From positions 544,001 through 608,000 of the forward strand of contig OY970172.1 of NCBI GenBank assembly GCA_963707655.1: a DNA stretch of 64,000 bases. The letters are read 5' to 3'. A model generated the notes under the pieces. It was not told the origin of the DNA and did no database searches. It saw only the letters and a program-made list of their open reading frames with translations. Both the position numbers and the translations under genes were made by a program. How positions within the stretch are numbered: the stretch's first letter is position 1; each line of letters opens with the position of its first letter. The DNA is from an uncultured bacterium. Its GTDB lineage: Bacteria; Babelota; Babeliae; Babelales; Vermiphilaceae. Shown here piece after piece: positions 20,801 to 32,800 of this stretch.

Positions 20801-23800
20801 GTTTTGTATGATGCCCCCGGCGAGAAGTACTGCGGCAGTTGAGCCGGTTGCAGAGAGACCAGTATTTGCTATTGATGCCGCACTGCCGGTAATAGAACAA
20901 TTATTACAGAATACAGTAACAGCATTAATAGATAATCCGGTACCATTTCCGGTCAAGAGACAATAGTTTAAAAGATACGTGGAATTAGTGCCGCCGCATG
21001 ATATACCGGTCTGAAAATTCAATACCCGTACATTGGAGAAAGATGAGGTGTTGGCGGTGCCAGAAAGCGCGATGCCGGCTGCCGTTGATGAACCGATCGC
21101 CTCAAAAGTGAGCTCAATAAAACGTGTACCTGTTGTTGTTGCAATAAGATTTTGTGACAAGGTGTTTGCTATGATGAAAGTAGAATTTGCTGAGGCTCCT
21201 ACAATCGAAATTCCGGCAGCAGTAACGGTTATAGGACCGGCGCTATTATTTTCTGTGTAAGTACCGGCACCGACTATAATTAAGATAGGATTGGTAGCGG
21301 TGGAAAGAGTATTGGCAACACTGACCGCTTTGGCAAGGCTCGCATACGGATATACGAAAGAGCCATTACCGGTTGTATCATTACCAAATTCGGCAACATA
21401 AATAGATCTGCCGACAGATGGACTTATATCTCCTCCAATATTGGTCCACTGCAAATTGGTCGGGGTTAATGAATTAGCCTGTAATATCTGATTTGCTGTT
21501 GGTAATGCTGCAGGCAATGATAAGGTGTAGCTTGTCGGTACGGTTGCCGGGGCATTCAGCCCAACATAATTGGCGCTTCCCGTTCCATCTTGCAAGCGAA
21601 TTGCATTTTGCAATGCCATATTAAGGTTGCCGGTCATGGTATCACCGGCTTTTAGAACGTTGAGAGAGGCTGCACCGGTAACATTGCCAATTAATGAGGC
21701 AGTAATAGTGCCGGCGCTAAAATTGCCCGAAGCATCACGGGAAACAATAGCATTTGGCGTATCTAAGTTCGTAGCGGTAGTGGCCGAATTGGCTACAAGA
21801 CCGGGTGTAACAAGGGTAGCAAGTTTACCATTAGCTATCGCAGCATTCGATGCAATATCAGCATTAACAATTAACGAGCTTGTTAAGTTGCCGGAGGCAT
21901 CATTATGAACAACGCCCGGGCTGGTGAAGCCGGCGATAGAAACTGTTCCTCCTGATGATATTCCCATCCTTTGCGAGCCGCTGGTGCTAAAATTTAAAGC
22001 GCCGGTATTGGCAGAAAGTCCTGTGCCGGCACTGCCGGTAAAGGTGAGCGAAGGGGCCGATGTGCTTCCTGCGGGCAGAGTGAGTGTGCCGGTCATGGTG
22101 CCGCCCGTTAGCGAAAGTTTGTTGTTAAGTTGAGTTTGCACAGAAGATGTTGTTCCGGATAAATAACTCAGTTCAGTCGCGGTGGTAATACTTGATGCGA
22201 GTTCATTGCTTGCGTTCGTAATGGTAGCGGTGCTTGGATTTAAGGTCCCAACAATAAAGTTGCCACTCGTCTCAAGAGTATTGGCAGAATTTCTATACAA
22301 ATACGTATCGCCCCCAAAAACAATTTTAGTTGGGGCGGAAGGTGAAATGTTTGGTAATTGAAGCTGATTTGCTACGCCATCCAATTGCATGAGTGTATAT
22401 TCGGGGATAGCAGCCTGCCCAACGGTATCACTATTTTGATAGTTGAATGCAAGTTGTGCGCCGGTGCCAAGTTTATTAATATCCCAACCACGCAGAGCAG
22501 TGGTGCCGCCGACGGGCGTGCCTTCATCAGATACTAAGCGCACGCCGGCAGTTTTTGTGCGATCAGTAGTAATCGCCGTGAGATTAGCATTTGCCTGCGA
22601 AAGCATAAACAGAGAAGACGGGCTTGCCTCATAATTTTGATAGCCAATTGCTTGCGTAGAATAAAGAGATGGCTCGTACATAAGCACATGATCATCCGCA
22701 GTGCTCAGTGCGACTTCCAATAGACGAGTGCTTGTATTGGAATAATTGCCGATTGCAAGAGCTCCCGCATCATCCAAATCAAAGAAAGCAAATGTTAAAT
22801 TGGTGGAATTATTGATGGCGAAGGTATCGTCGCTTGCAGAGCCAGCGGTGAAAAGAATTGATGACGTGCCATATTGCGCGATATCGTTGGTCAATGAATC
22901 AAGAATGACGACTGAGGAAGCAGTGAGGCTTGTTGATGCAGTATCAGTATTGCTGGTAGCACCAACTTGAAGTCCTGTTATATAATTTTGAATTGTGCAG
23001 CCATCTATATTAATCGTACCCTCACCGGTCACGGCCACTGCTGTTCCTTGAGGATTTCCTGATGAATCGCGACCATCAAAATAGCAAGCGATAATGTTCG
23101 CTTGAGTTCCGGCGCCACTCACCTGAATATCAAAACTTCCCGGTTCATTTATTTGAAAGGTACAACCGTCAAGCACTGATTCTGCCGCACCTGATTGAAC
23201 AACATCATACATATTATTGCTAAATACGGTTGCCAGTATATTGATATCCGCACTATTAGTTAAGGTGACACCGGTGGCACAATTTTGTATAGAACAGGTT
23301 GCAAATAGTAGCCGTGCGGAACTGCCTGTTCCGGAAATACCGGTATTGGCAATTGATGTTTCACTGCCAACGATAAAACACCCGTTAGAGGCAATCGCAG
23401 CATTATTGCACAAAATTCCTGTTCCATTATTTGCTAAGAAACAATCATCGATAAAATTTTGAGTATTTGTTCCTGCGCATGATATGGCTGTTTGAAATCC
23501 TACAATTTTTAAACTAGAGATGTAAAAAAGATTATTGGATCCTGAAAAAGTTAAAGCCGCTGCGCTTGATGTCCCTGCCGTTGCAAAAGTTAATTGGGTG
23601 ATTTGCGTGCTGGCAACAGCTGAAATAAAATCATTTGACAATGTGTTTGGCATAACAATAGTTGCTTGAGCTGCTGCTCCTGTAATTGAAATGCCGTTAG
23701 CAGTAATGGCAAGAGGGCCGGCACTATTATTTTCTGTATAAGTACCCGCTGCGATCGAAATTACTACCGGATCAGTAATAGTTGCAATAGCATTGGCAAC

Positions 23801-26800
23801 TCCAACCGCTTTGGCAAGGCTCGCATACGGATAGGCAAATGAACCGTTTCCTGTCGTATCATTACCAAAGGTTGCAACATAAATTGTTCTGCTTGATGTA
23901 GGGCTTGTGCTGCCGCTTTGCGAGACCCATTGCAAATTAGTTGGTATTGAAGGGCTCGCTTCTAATATTTGATTGGCGGTCGGTAACGTTGAGGGGAGTG
24001 ATAAGGTGTAGCTTGTTGGTACGGTGGTAGGTGCTTTTAAACCAACATAATTTCCACTACCGGTGCTGTCTTGCAAATCGATAGCATTTTGTAAGGTAAG
24101 GTTCAGTGTGTTATTTAAGGTGGTAATGCCCGTTACGCCAAGCGTGCCACCAACTGTTTCATTTCCAGTTACGGTCATGTTGGCTGCGGTAATAGTACCC
24201 GCAGCAAAATTACCAGAACTATCACGAGCAACAATCGTAGAATCTGTATTAAGAGGAGTTGCATCACTGGTGATGCTTACCGCGGTTGGGCTGGTAGTAA
24301 CCGCTATATAAGGATCACCAAAAATTGTTCTGAAATTTAAAGTGAGCCCTGTTTTTCCTTGGTAGATTTGCCCGGTACCTGAGCCCACATTTGCTCCTTG
24401 CACCTGGCTTGGAAGAGAAAATTCCTGGAAGAAAATAGGACTTGTTCCGATTGTTGCAAGCGGCGTGCTGCATAACCAGCTTGAACCGGCATAATTTGTA
24501 CCTTCAAGGATAAGTACATAGGCATTGCCAGCCTCTGAACCATTAGCAAAATCAGTTGGCCTGTACCACGGACTGCCTGCGCCCACCGCGGCAACCCAAA
24601 GACCATTTTCCACCGGCGTTGTTTGATCCGTTAAAAGAACACGATTACCTGAAGCGAGAGCTACCCCATCAATGGTTTGCTCTCCGTAAGGAGAATAATT
24701 GGTAACACCAACAACTTCTGCAGGAGTATGAACAACAATACCGGTGCCCACAACAGAATTTACATAGGCAACCGTGGCAACATCAGTATTGGCGGACGGT
24801 GTGCCGGCGATGGTAATCATATTTGTTGCAAAATCACCCGAATTATCTCGTACCACAATGTCTCCGGGAACATTCGAGCTTGAAATATCGGCCAATTTAT
24901 CATTGGTGATTGTCGCAGTTGTAATATCTGCATCAACAATGAGTGATGTTGATAAAAGCCCGGCGGCGGAATTGTGCACCACACCGACAGAAGACAAGTC
25001 ATCAATCGTCACTTGCCCCGAACTATTAATGTTCATAGCCTCTGAGCCATTAACATCAAATGAAAGTGTATTGGTACTCGGTGCTGACAGACCGGTATTG
25101 GTGCTGCCGGTAAATTGTAGTGACGGCACTGAGCTGCTTCCGGCAGGGAGTACAAGTGTCCCGGTTAAGGTGCCGCCGGTTAATGGCAAATCACCCGATG
25201 CCGTACCGGTAACTGTGCCAATGAGATTAGCAGTAATGGTGCCGGCGCTAAAATTGCCTGAAGAGTCACGAGAAACAATAGCGTTTGGGGTATTCGTATT
25301 GGTAGCTGTTGTGGCTGAATTTGCTACAAGGCCCGGAGTAGTGAGAGTAGCAAGTTTACCGTTGGCAATCGCAGCAGTATTAGAAATATCAGCATTGACA
25401 ATTAATGAACTTGATAAATTGCCGGAGGCATCATTATGAACAACTCCTGCAGAGGTAAAACCATCAATGGAAATCGTGCCGCCGTTTGATATTGCCATGC
25501 GCTCAAGGCCATTGGTATCGAAAGATAAAGCGCTCGCACTGGCAGAAAGTCCGCTATTCGTATTACCGGTAAAGGTGAGTGATGGCGCTGATGTGCTTCC
25601 CGCAGGTAGTTGCAATGTGCCGGTCATGGTATCGCCCGCTTTGGAAACTTTACCATTAAGTTGAGTTTGCACAGAAGATGTTGTTCCGGATAAATAACTG
25701 AGTTCAGTTGCGGTGGTAATGCTTGATGCGAGTTCATTGCTTGCATTAGTAATGGTAGCGGTGCTTGGATTTAAGGTTCCAACAATGAAGTTGCCGCTTG
25801 TCTCGAGTGTGTTGGCAGAGTTTCTATACAAATACGTATCGCCGCCAAAAACAATTTTAGTTGGCGCAGAAGGTGAAGTATTTGGTAATTGAAGTTGGTT
25901 GGCTACGCCATCCAATTGCATGAGCGTATATTCAGGAATAGCAGACTGCCCAACGGTATCACTATTTTGATAGTTGAATGCAAGCTGCGCGCCGCTGCCA
26001 ATTTTCTCAATATCCCAGCCACGTAGTGCAGTTGTGCCTCCAACGGGCGTACCTTCATCAGACACTAATCGTACGCCGGCAATTTGTGTGCGATCAGTAG
26101 TAATTGCGGTAAGAGTTGCCGGAGCAGCTGATAAAACAAATAGTGATGCAGGGCTCGTCATCTGATTCTGATAGCCAATCGCCTGCGTAGAATAAAGTGA
26201 CGAATTATATGCTATTTCAGGATTGTTTGCACTTCCCAGTGATGCAGCCACTAAAGGGGTATCTGTGTCACTGAAATGGCCAATCGAAAGTGCATTATTA
26301 TTACTTTGGTCAAAATAGGCAAGTGTTACATTAGTAGAATTGTTGACCGATATTGCGCTACTGCTCAGGGTTCCTGCAGTGAAGTTAACTGTTGCTGTTC
26401 CATTTTGTACTAGATCGGTGGTTGAAGTAAATACGCCTACTGCAGCCGCAATTAATGTGGTGGACGCGGTATCGCCGGGGTTACCAATTTGAATACCGGT
26501 TATGTAATTTTGAATCCTGGTACTTTTCATGCCGGCAGAAGCTTCATCGGTAATGATGATAGCCGTTCCTTGAGGATTTCCTGATGAATCGCGGCCATCA
26601 AAATAGCAGGCGATAATGTTTGCTTGAGTTCCGGCGCCGCTCACCTGAATATCCAAGCTTCCCGGTTCATTTATTTGAAAGGTACAACCATCAAGAACTG
26701 ACTGTGCCGCACCTGATTGCACAACATCATACAGATTATTGCTAAATGCTGTTGCCAGTATATTGATATCAGCGTTATTAGTTAAGGTGACGCCGGTTGT

Positions 26801-29800
26801 ACAGTTTTGTACCACGCCACTCTGATAAATTATTGTGGCTCCTGATCCTGTTGCATTCAGACCAACATTGGCCGGTGATCCGGTGATTGTTCCCTGTATG
26901 CCACAGCCCACACAAAAAACGGTCGCATCATTAATGCTTAATCCCGTACCATTCTCCCTGAAAATACAATAATCAAGCGCATAGGTAGAATCAGTACCGG
27001 CACACAAGATTCCGGTACCAAAATTTAATAGTTGCACAGCGGACAAAGATGAGGTATTGCCGGAACCGGAAAGCGCTATACCATTTGCTGTTGATGCGCC
27101 ACCCGAATTCAAGGTGAGCTCAATAAATCGACTGTTCACCGTTGCTGCCAGAAGATCATTAGATAAGGTAGTTGGTACAATGATAGTAGAAATTGCCGAT
27201 TCACCTACTACCGACACGCCACTGGCAGTAATAGTAATGGGGCCAGCGCTATTATTTTCTGTATAAGTGCCGGCTGCAATCGATATCACCACGGGATCAG
27301 TGATGGTTGAAATAGCATTGGCAACAGTAACTGCCTTTGCAAGGCTCGCATACGGATATGTAAATGAACCGTTCCCCGTTGTATCATTACCATATGTGGA
27401 AACATAAATAATTCTGCTTGATGTAGGGCTTGTGCTGCCGCTTTGTGAAACCCATTGCAAATTAGTTGGTGTTGAAGGGTTTGCCTGTAATATTTGATTG
27501 GCGGTTGGCGGCGTTGATGGGAATGATACGGTGTAGCTTGTTGGCACCGTGGCGGGCGCATTCAAACCAACATAATTCCCGGTGCCTGTTCCGTCTTGCA
27601 AGCGAATTGCATTTTGTAGGGCCATATTGAGATTGCCGGTCATAGTGTCACCAGCTTTAAGCACATTTAATGAAGCTGCGCCGGTAACATTGCCAACTAA
27701 TGAGGCAGTGATAGTGCCGGCGCTAAAATTGCCTGAAGCATCGCGAGAAACAATGGCGTTTGCTGTATTGGTACTGGTTGCCGTGGTGGCTGAATTTGCT
27801 ACAAGACCTGGAGTAGTCAGAGTCGCAAGCTTACCATTAGCTATTGCAGCGTTGACAGCAATATCAGCATTAACAATTAATGAACTTGATAAATTGCCCG
27901 AGGCATCATTATGCACAACACCTGCGGTAGCAAAGCCATCAATATAGACAGTGCCGCCGGTTGTTATGCCCATACGCTCGACCCCATTTGTGTTAAAAGA
28001 TAAGGCACTTGCACTCGCAGAAAGTCCGCTGTTGGTATTGCCGGTAAAGGTGAGCGATGGCGCGGCATGTGTGCCTGCAGGTAATTGTAAGGTGCCAACA
28101 GGATTGGTCAGAGTAACATCGCCGGCAATATTGGTATTTCCTTGATAATCAACAGTAAAATCGTTGCCATTTACCGTGATGGCATTACCTGACACAGGAT
28201 TCAAATTGATAGTATCGGCCATAATAGTATTGGCTGCGAAATTGCCGCTGCCATCACGCAATACGAGAGTATCGGGAATATCTGAAGAGCTAAATGAGAC
28301 AGATGATGGGGAATTTCCGGCTCCGTTAGAGGCCAATACAGAAGAAGCGGGACCGGTATCGGCAGTCACTAATTGAGTGCCATTATAATAGACAATGCCA
28401 TAAGGAGATGAAAAACTCTTAGCATTGGTTCCACCATTGGCGATGGAAACAGGTGAAGTTAAATTGATTACGGGAGAAGTTGCCGTTCCGGTAATATTGA
28501 TGCCATTGCCGCCTGTGACTGAAGTTACTGCGCCGCTTGCACTTACTGGCTCCCAGGTTGGTGCCAAGCCTGAACCGTTACTGGTGAAAACAGAGCCAGC
28601 TATTAATTGACCAGTGGACGCACTTTGCAAGGCTCCTTGAGTTGTTACGCCACCAATCACCGGTGCATATGGCGCAAAATTTATTGTCCCCGTACCGCCA
28701 TTTGAAACAGCCAACGTACCACCCAATGTTTCTGTTGTTCCTGTGCCGTTAAATTTTAATCCTGTTGTGCCGCCGGTAAAAGTGAAGCTATTTCCCGTTA
28801 ACGCACCTCCCGTATCACCGGTAATGCTAAAGCTTTGCCATGATGGAGAATTGCCTGAACCATTTGATGTTAATACTTGACCACTTGTACCCAATGATAA
28901 TGAATGGAGCGCGCCGTTTGAACTGCCAATCTGCACCGCATTTGTTGTGGTACCTGCAACATTAACCACCGGAGATGTTGTAGTACCGGTAATTGATATA
29001 TTATTTCCTTGATTAACAGCAGTTACTGCACCGCTTGTGCTCACCGCTTGGAATGAAGGAGCATTGCCCGCGCCATTTGAGGTTAATACATAATTTGTAG
29101 TGCCAACAGCAGTAGTATTTAATTTGGTGCCATCAAAATAGACAACTCCATCAGTATTGGCCATAGATGTTGCATTGGTTCCGCCGCTGGCGATAGCAAC
29201 AGGAACAGACAATGAATATTGCAATGTTGTTGAATTGGAACTTAAAGATAATCCGGTGCCCACGGTTGGTGTTACAAATGCAGGATCGGCCGATGCGCCG
29301 GCAGCTACCAATATCTGGCCAGCATTTCCCGGACCGGCAGAAGCGATAGATGAGGCTCCTTCACCAAGCAAAACACTATGCGCAGTAAAACTGGTTTGCC
29401 CGGTACCGCCGCCGGGAACGGTTGCTGTGCCAAATGAAGGATCTGCGCTTGCACCGTTGGACATTAATACTTGGCCCGCTGTTCCGGGGGCAATGAGTGC
29501 AACTTGTGCGGTTCCCTCACCGACTAAAAGATTATGGGCAGCAAGTGATGATAATCCGGTGCCACCATGAATAACCGAGACGGGCGACGTTAAATTTACC
29601 ACCGGAGAATTGGTTGTGCCGGTAATATTTATACCGGTGCCACCGACAACCGTGGTTACTGCACCACTTGCGCTAACCGGTTGCCATGTTGGTACAGATG
29701 ATGAGCCGGTGCTGGTAAATACATAGTTAACATTAGATTGTCCTGTTGATGCACTTTGGAGTGCTCCTGTGCCCGTTGTTCCGCCAACAATTGGTGCGTA

Positions 29801-32800
29801 CGAAGTGAAGCTTGTCTCACCCGTGCCGCCACCTGCTACTACGGCCGTGCCAAATGAAGGTTGTGCTGCAACGCCATTGGAAATCAACGGAATGCCGCTT
29901 GTTGATGAAGGGGCAATTGTTGCGACTGCTGAAGTGCCATTGCCGGCGACAAGACTATATTGAGGGATGCTTGTTAGTCCCGTTCCGCCATAAGAAACGC
30001 TCAAAGGTTCGGCTACATCAATGTTTAACGAATTGACTCCGGGAGTAAACGTGAGTGTGCCGCCGATAGAGGTGAGCGCAGCAAAAGCAGGTGCTGTTCC
30101 TGTTGCGCCCAACAACACTTGACCATTTGTGCCAAGTGGCAATGAATGCAACGCCCCATTTGGAGAGCCAACTTGCACAGCATTGGTCGTAGTGTTTGCA
30201 ACATTAACCACCGGAGATATTGCAGTACCCGTGATTGATATATTATTGCCGGCGTTTACCATGGTAACAACGCCGATCGTGCTTACGGGCTGAAATGATG
30301 GAGCATTGCCCGCGCCATTTGAGGTTAATACATAATCAGCAAGGCCAACATTCGTAGTATTTAATTTGGTACCGTCAAAATAAACAACCCCATCAGTGTT
30401 GCTCATAGATGTTGCATTGGTACCACCACTGGCGATAGCAACAGGAATTGATAAAGAATATTGCAATGTTGTTGAATTGGAACTTAAAGATAATCCGGTG
30501 CCCACCGTTGGTGTTACAAATGCAGGATCGGCCGATGGGCCGGCTGCTACCAATATCTGACCGGCATTTCCCGGACCGGTAGAAGCGATATTTGATGTTC
30601 CCTCGCCGAGCAAAATGCTATGAGCCGTGAAACTTGTTTCTCCTGTTCCCCCGCCGGGAACGGTTGCTACGCCAAATGAAGGGTCAACGTTTGCACCGTT
30701 AGACATTAATACTTGGCCCGCTGTTCCGGGAGCAATCAGAGCAACCTGTGCAGTGCCTTCACCGACTAAAAGATTATGGGCAGTAAGTGATGATAAGCCG
30801 GTGCCACCATGAATAACCGAGACAGGCGACGTTAAATTTACCACCGGAGAATTGGTTGTGCCGGTAATATTTATACCGGTGCCACCGACAACCGTGGTTA
30901 CTGCACCACTTGCGCTAACCGGTTGCCATGTTGGTACAGATGATGAGCCGGTGCTGGTAAATACATAGTTAACATTAGATTGTCCTGTTGATGCACTTTG
31001 GAGTGCTCCTGTGCCCGTTGTTCCGCCAACAATTGGTGCGTACGAAGTGAAGCTTGTCTCACCCGTGCCGCCACCTGCTACTACGGCCGTGCCAAATGAA
31101 GGTTGTGCTGCAACGCCATTAGAAATTAATGGAATGCCGCTTGTTGATGAAGGGGCAATTGTTGCGACTGCTGAAGTGCCATTACCGGCGACAAGACTAT
31201 ATTGAGGTATGCTTGTTAGTCCCGTTCCGCCATAAGAAACGCTCAAAGGAGCGGTTACGTCAATACTCAATGAATTTGTACCGGGAGTAAACGTGAGTGT
31301 GCCGCCGGTAGAGGTAAGCGCGGCAAAAGCAGGTGCTGTTCCTGTTGCGCCCAACAACACTTGACCATTTGTGCCAAGTGGCAATGAATGCAACGCCCCA
31401 TTTGGAGAGCCAACTTGCACAGCATTGGTCGTAGTGTTTGCAACATTAACCACCGGAGATATTGCAGTACCCGTGATTGATATATTATTGCCGGCGTTTA
31501 CCATGGTAACAACGCCGATCGTGCTTACGGGCTGAAATGATGGAGCATTGCCCGCGCCATTTGAGGTTAATACATAATCAGCAAGGCCAACATTGGTTGT
31601 ATTTAATTTGGTACCGTCAAAATAAACAACCCCATCAGTGTTGCTCATTGATGTTGCATTGGTACCACCACTGGCGATAGCAACAGGAATTGATAAAGAA
31701 TATTGCAATGTTGTTGAATTGGAACTTAAAGATAATCCGGTGCCCACCGTTGGTGTTACAAATGCAGGATCGGCCGATGGGCCGGCTGCTACCAATATCT
31801 GACCGGCATTTCCCGGACCGGTAGAAGCGATATTTGATGTTCCCTCGCCGAGCAAAATGCTATGAGCCGTGAAACTTGTTTCTCCTGTTCCCCCGCCGGG
31901 AACGGTTGCTGTGCCAAATGAAGGGTCAACGTTTGCACCGTTAGACATTAATACTTGGCCCGCTGTTCCGGGAGCAATCAGAGCAACCTGTGCAGTGCCT
32001 TCACCGACTAAAAGATTGTGGGCAGTAAGTGATGATAAGCCGGTGCCACCATGAATAACCGAGACAGGCGACGTTAAATTTACCACCGGAGAATTGGTTG
32101 TGCCGGTAATATTTATACCGGTGCCACCGACAACCGTGGTTACTGCACCACTAGAACTGACTGGTTGCCATGTTGGTACAGATGATGAGCCGGTGCTGGT
32201 AAATACATAGTTAACATTAGATTGTCCTGCTGATGCACTTTGGAGTGCTCCTGTGCCCGTTGTTCCGCCAACAATTGGTGCGTACGAAGTGAAGCTTGTC
32301 TCACCCGTGCCGCCACCTGCTACTACGGCCGTGCCAAATGAAGGTTGTGCTGCAACGCCATTAGAAATTAATGGAATGCCGCTTGTTGATGAAGGGGCAA
32401 TTGTTGCGACTGCTGAAGTGCCATTACCGGCGACAAGACTATATTGAGGGATGCTTGTTAGTCCCGTTCCGCCATAAGAAACACTCAAAGGCTGGGTTAC
32501 ATCGATATTTAATGAATTGACACCGGGAGTAAACGTGAGTGTATCGCCGGTAGAGGTAAGCGCGGCAAAAGCAGGCGCTGCTCCTGTTGCACCCAGTAAC
32601 ACTTGACCATTGGTGCCAAGAGCTAGCGATGTTAATGATCCCGATGAATTACCGATTTGAACAGCGTTCGTCGTTGTGCCTGCAACATTAACCACTGGCG
32701 CTGTTTGGGTGCCTGTGATTGATATATTATTGCCGGCGTTTACTGAAGTTACTGCGCCACTCGAACTGACTGGTTGCCATGTTGGCAGACTTGTTGATCC

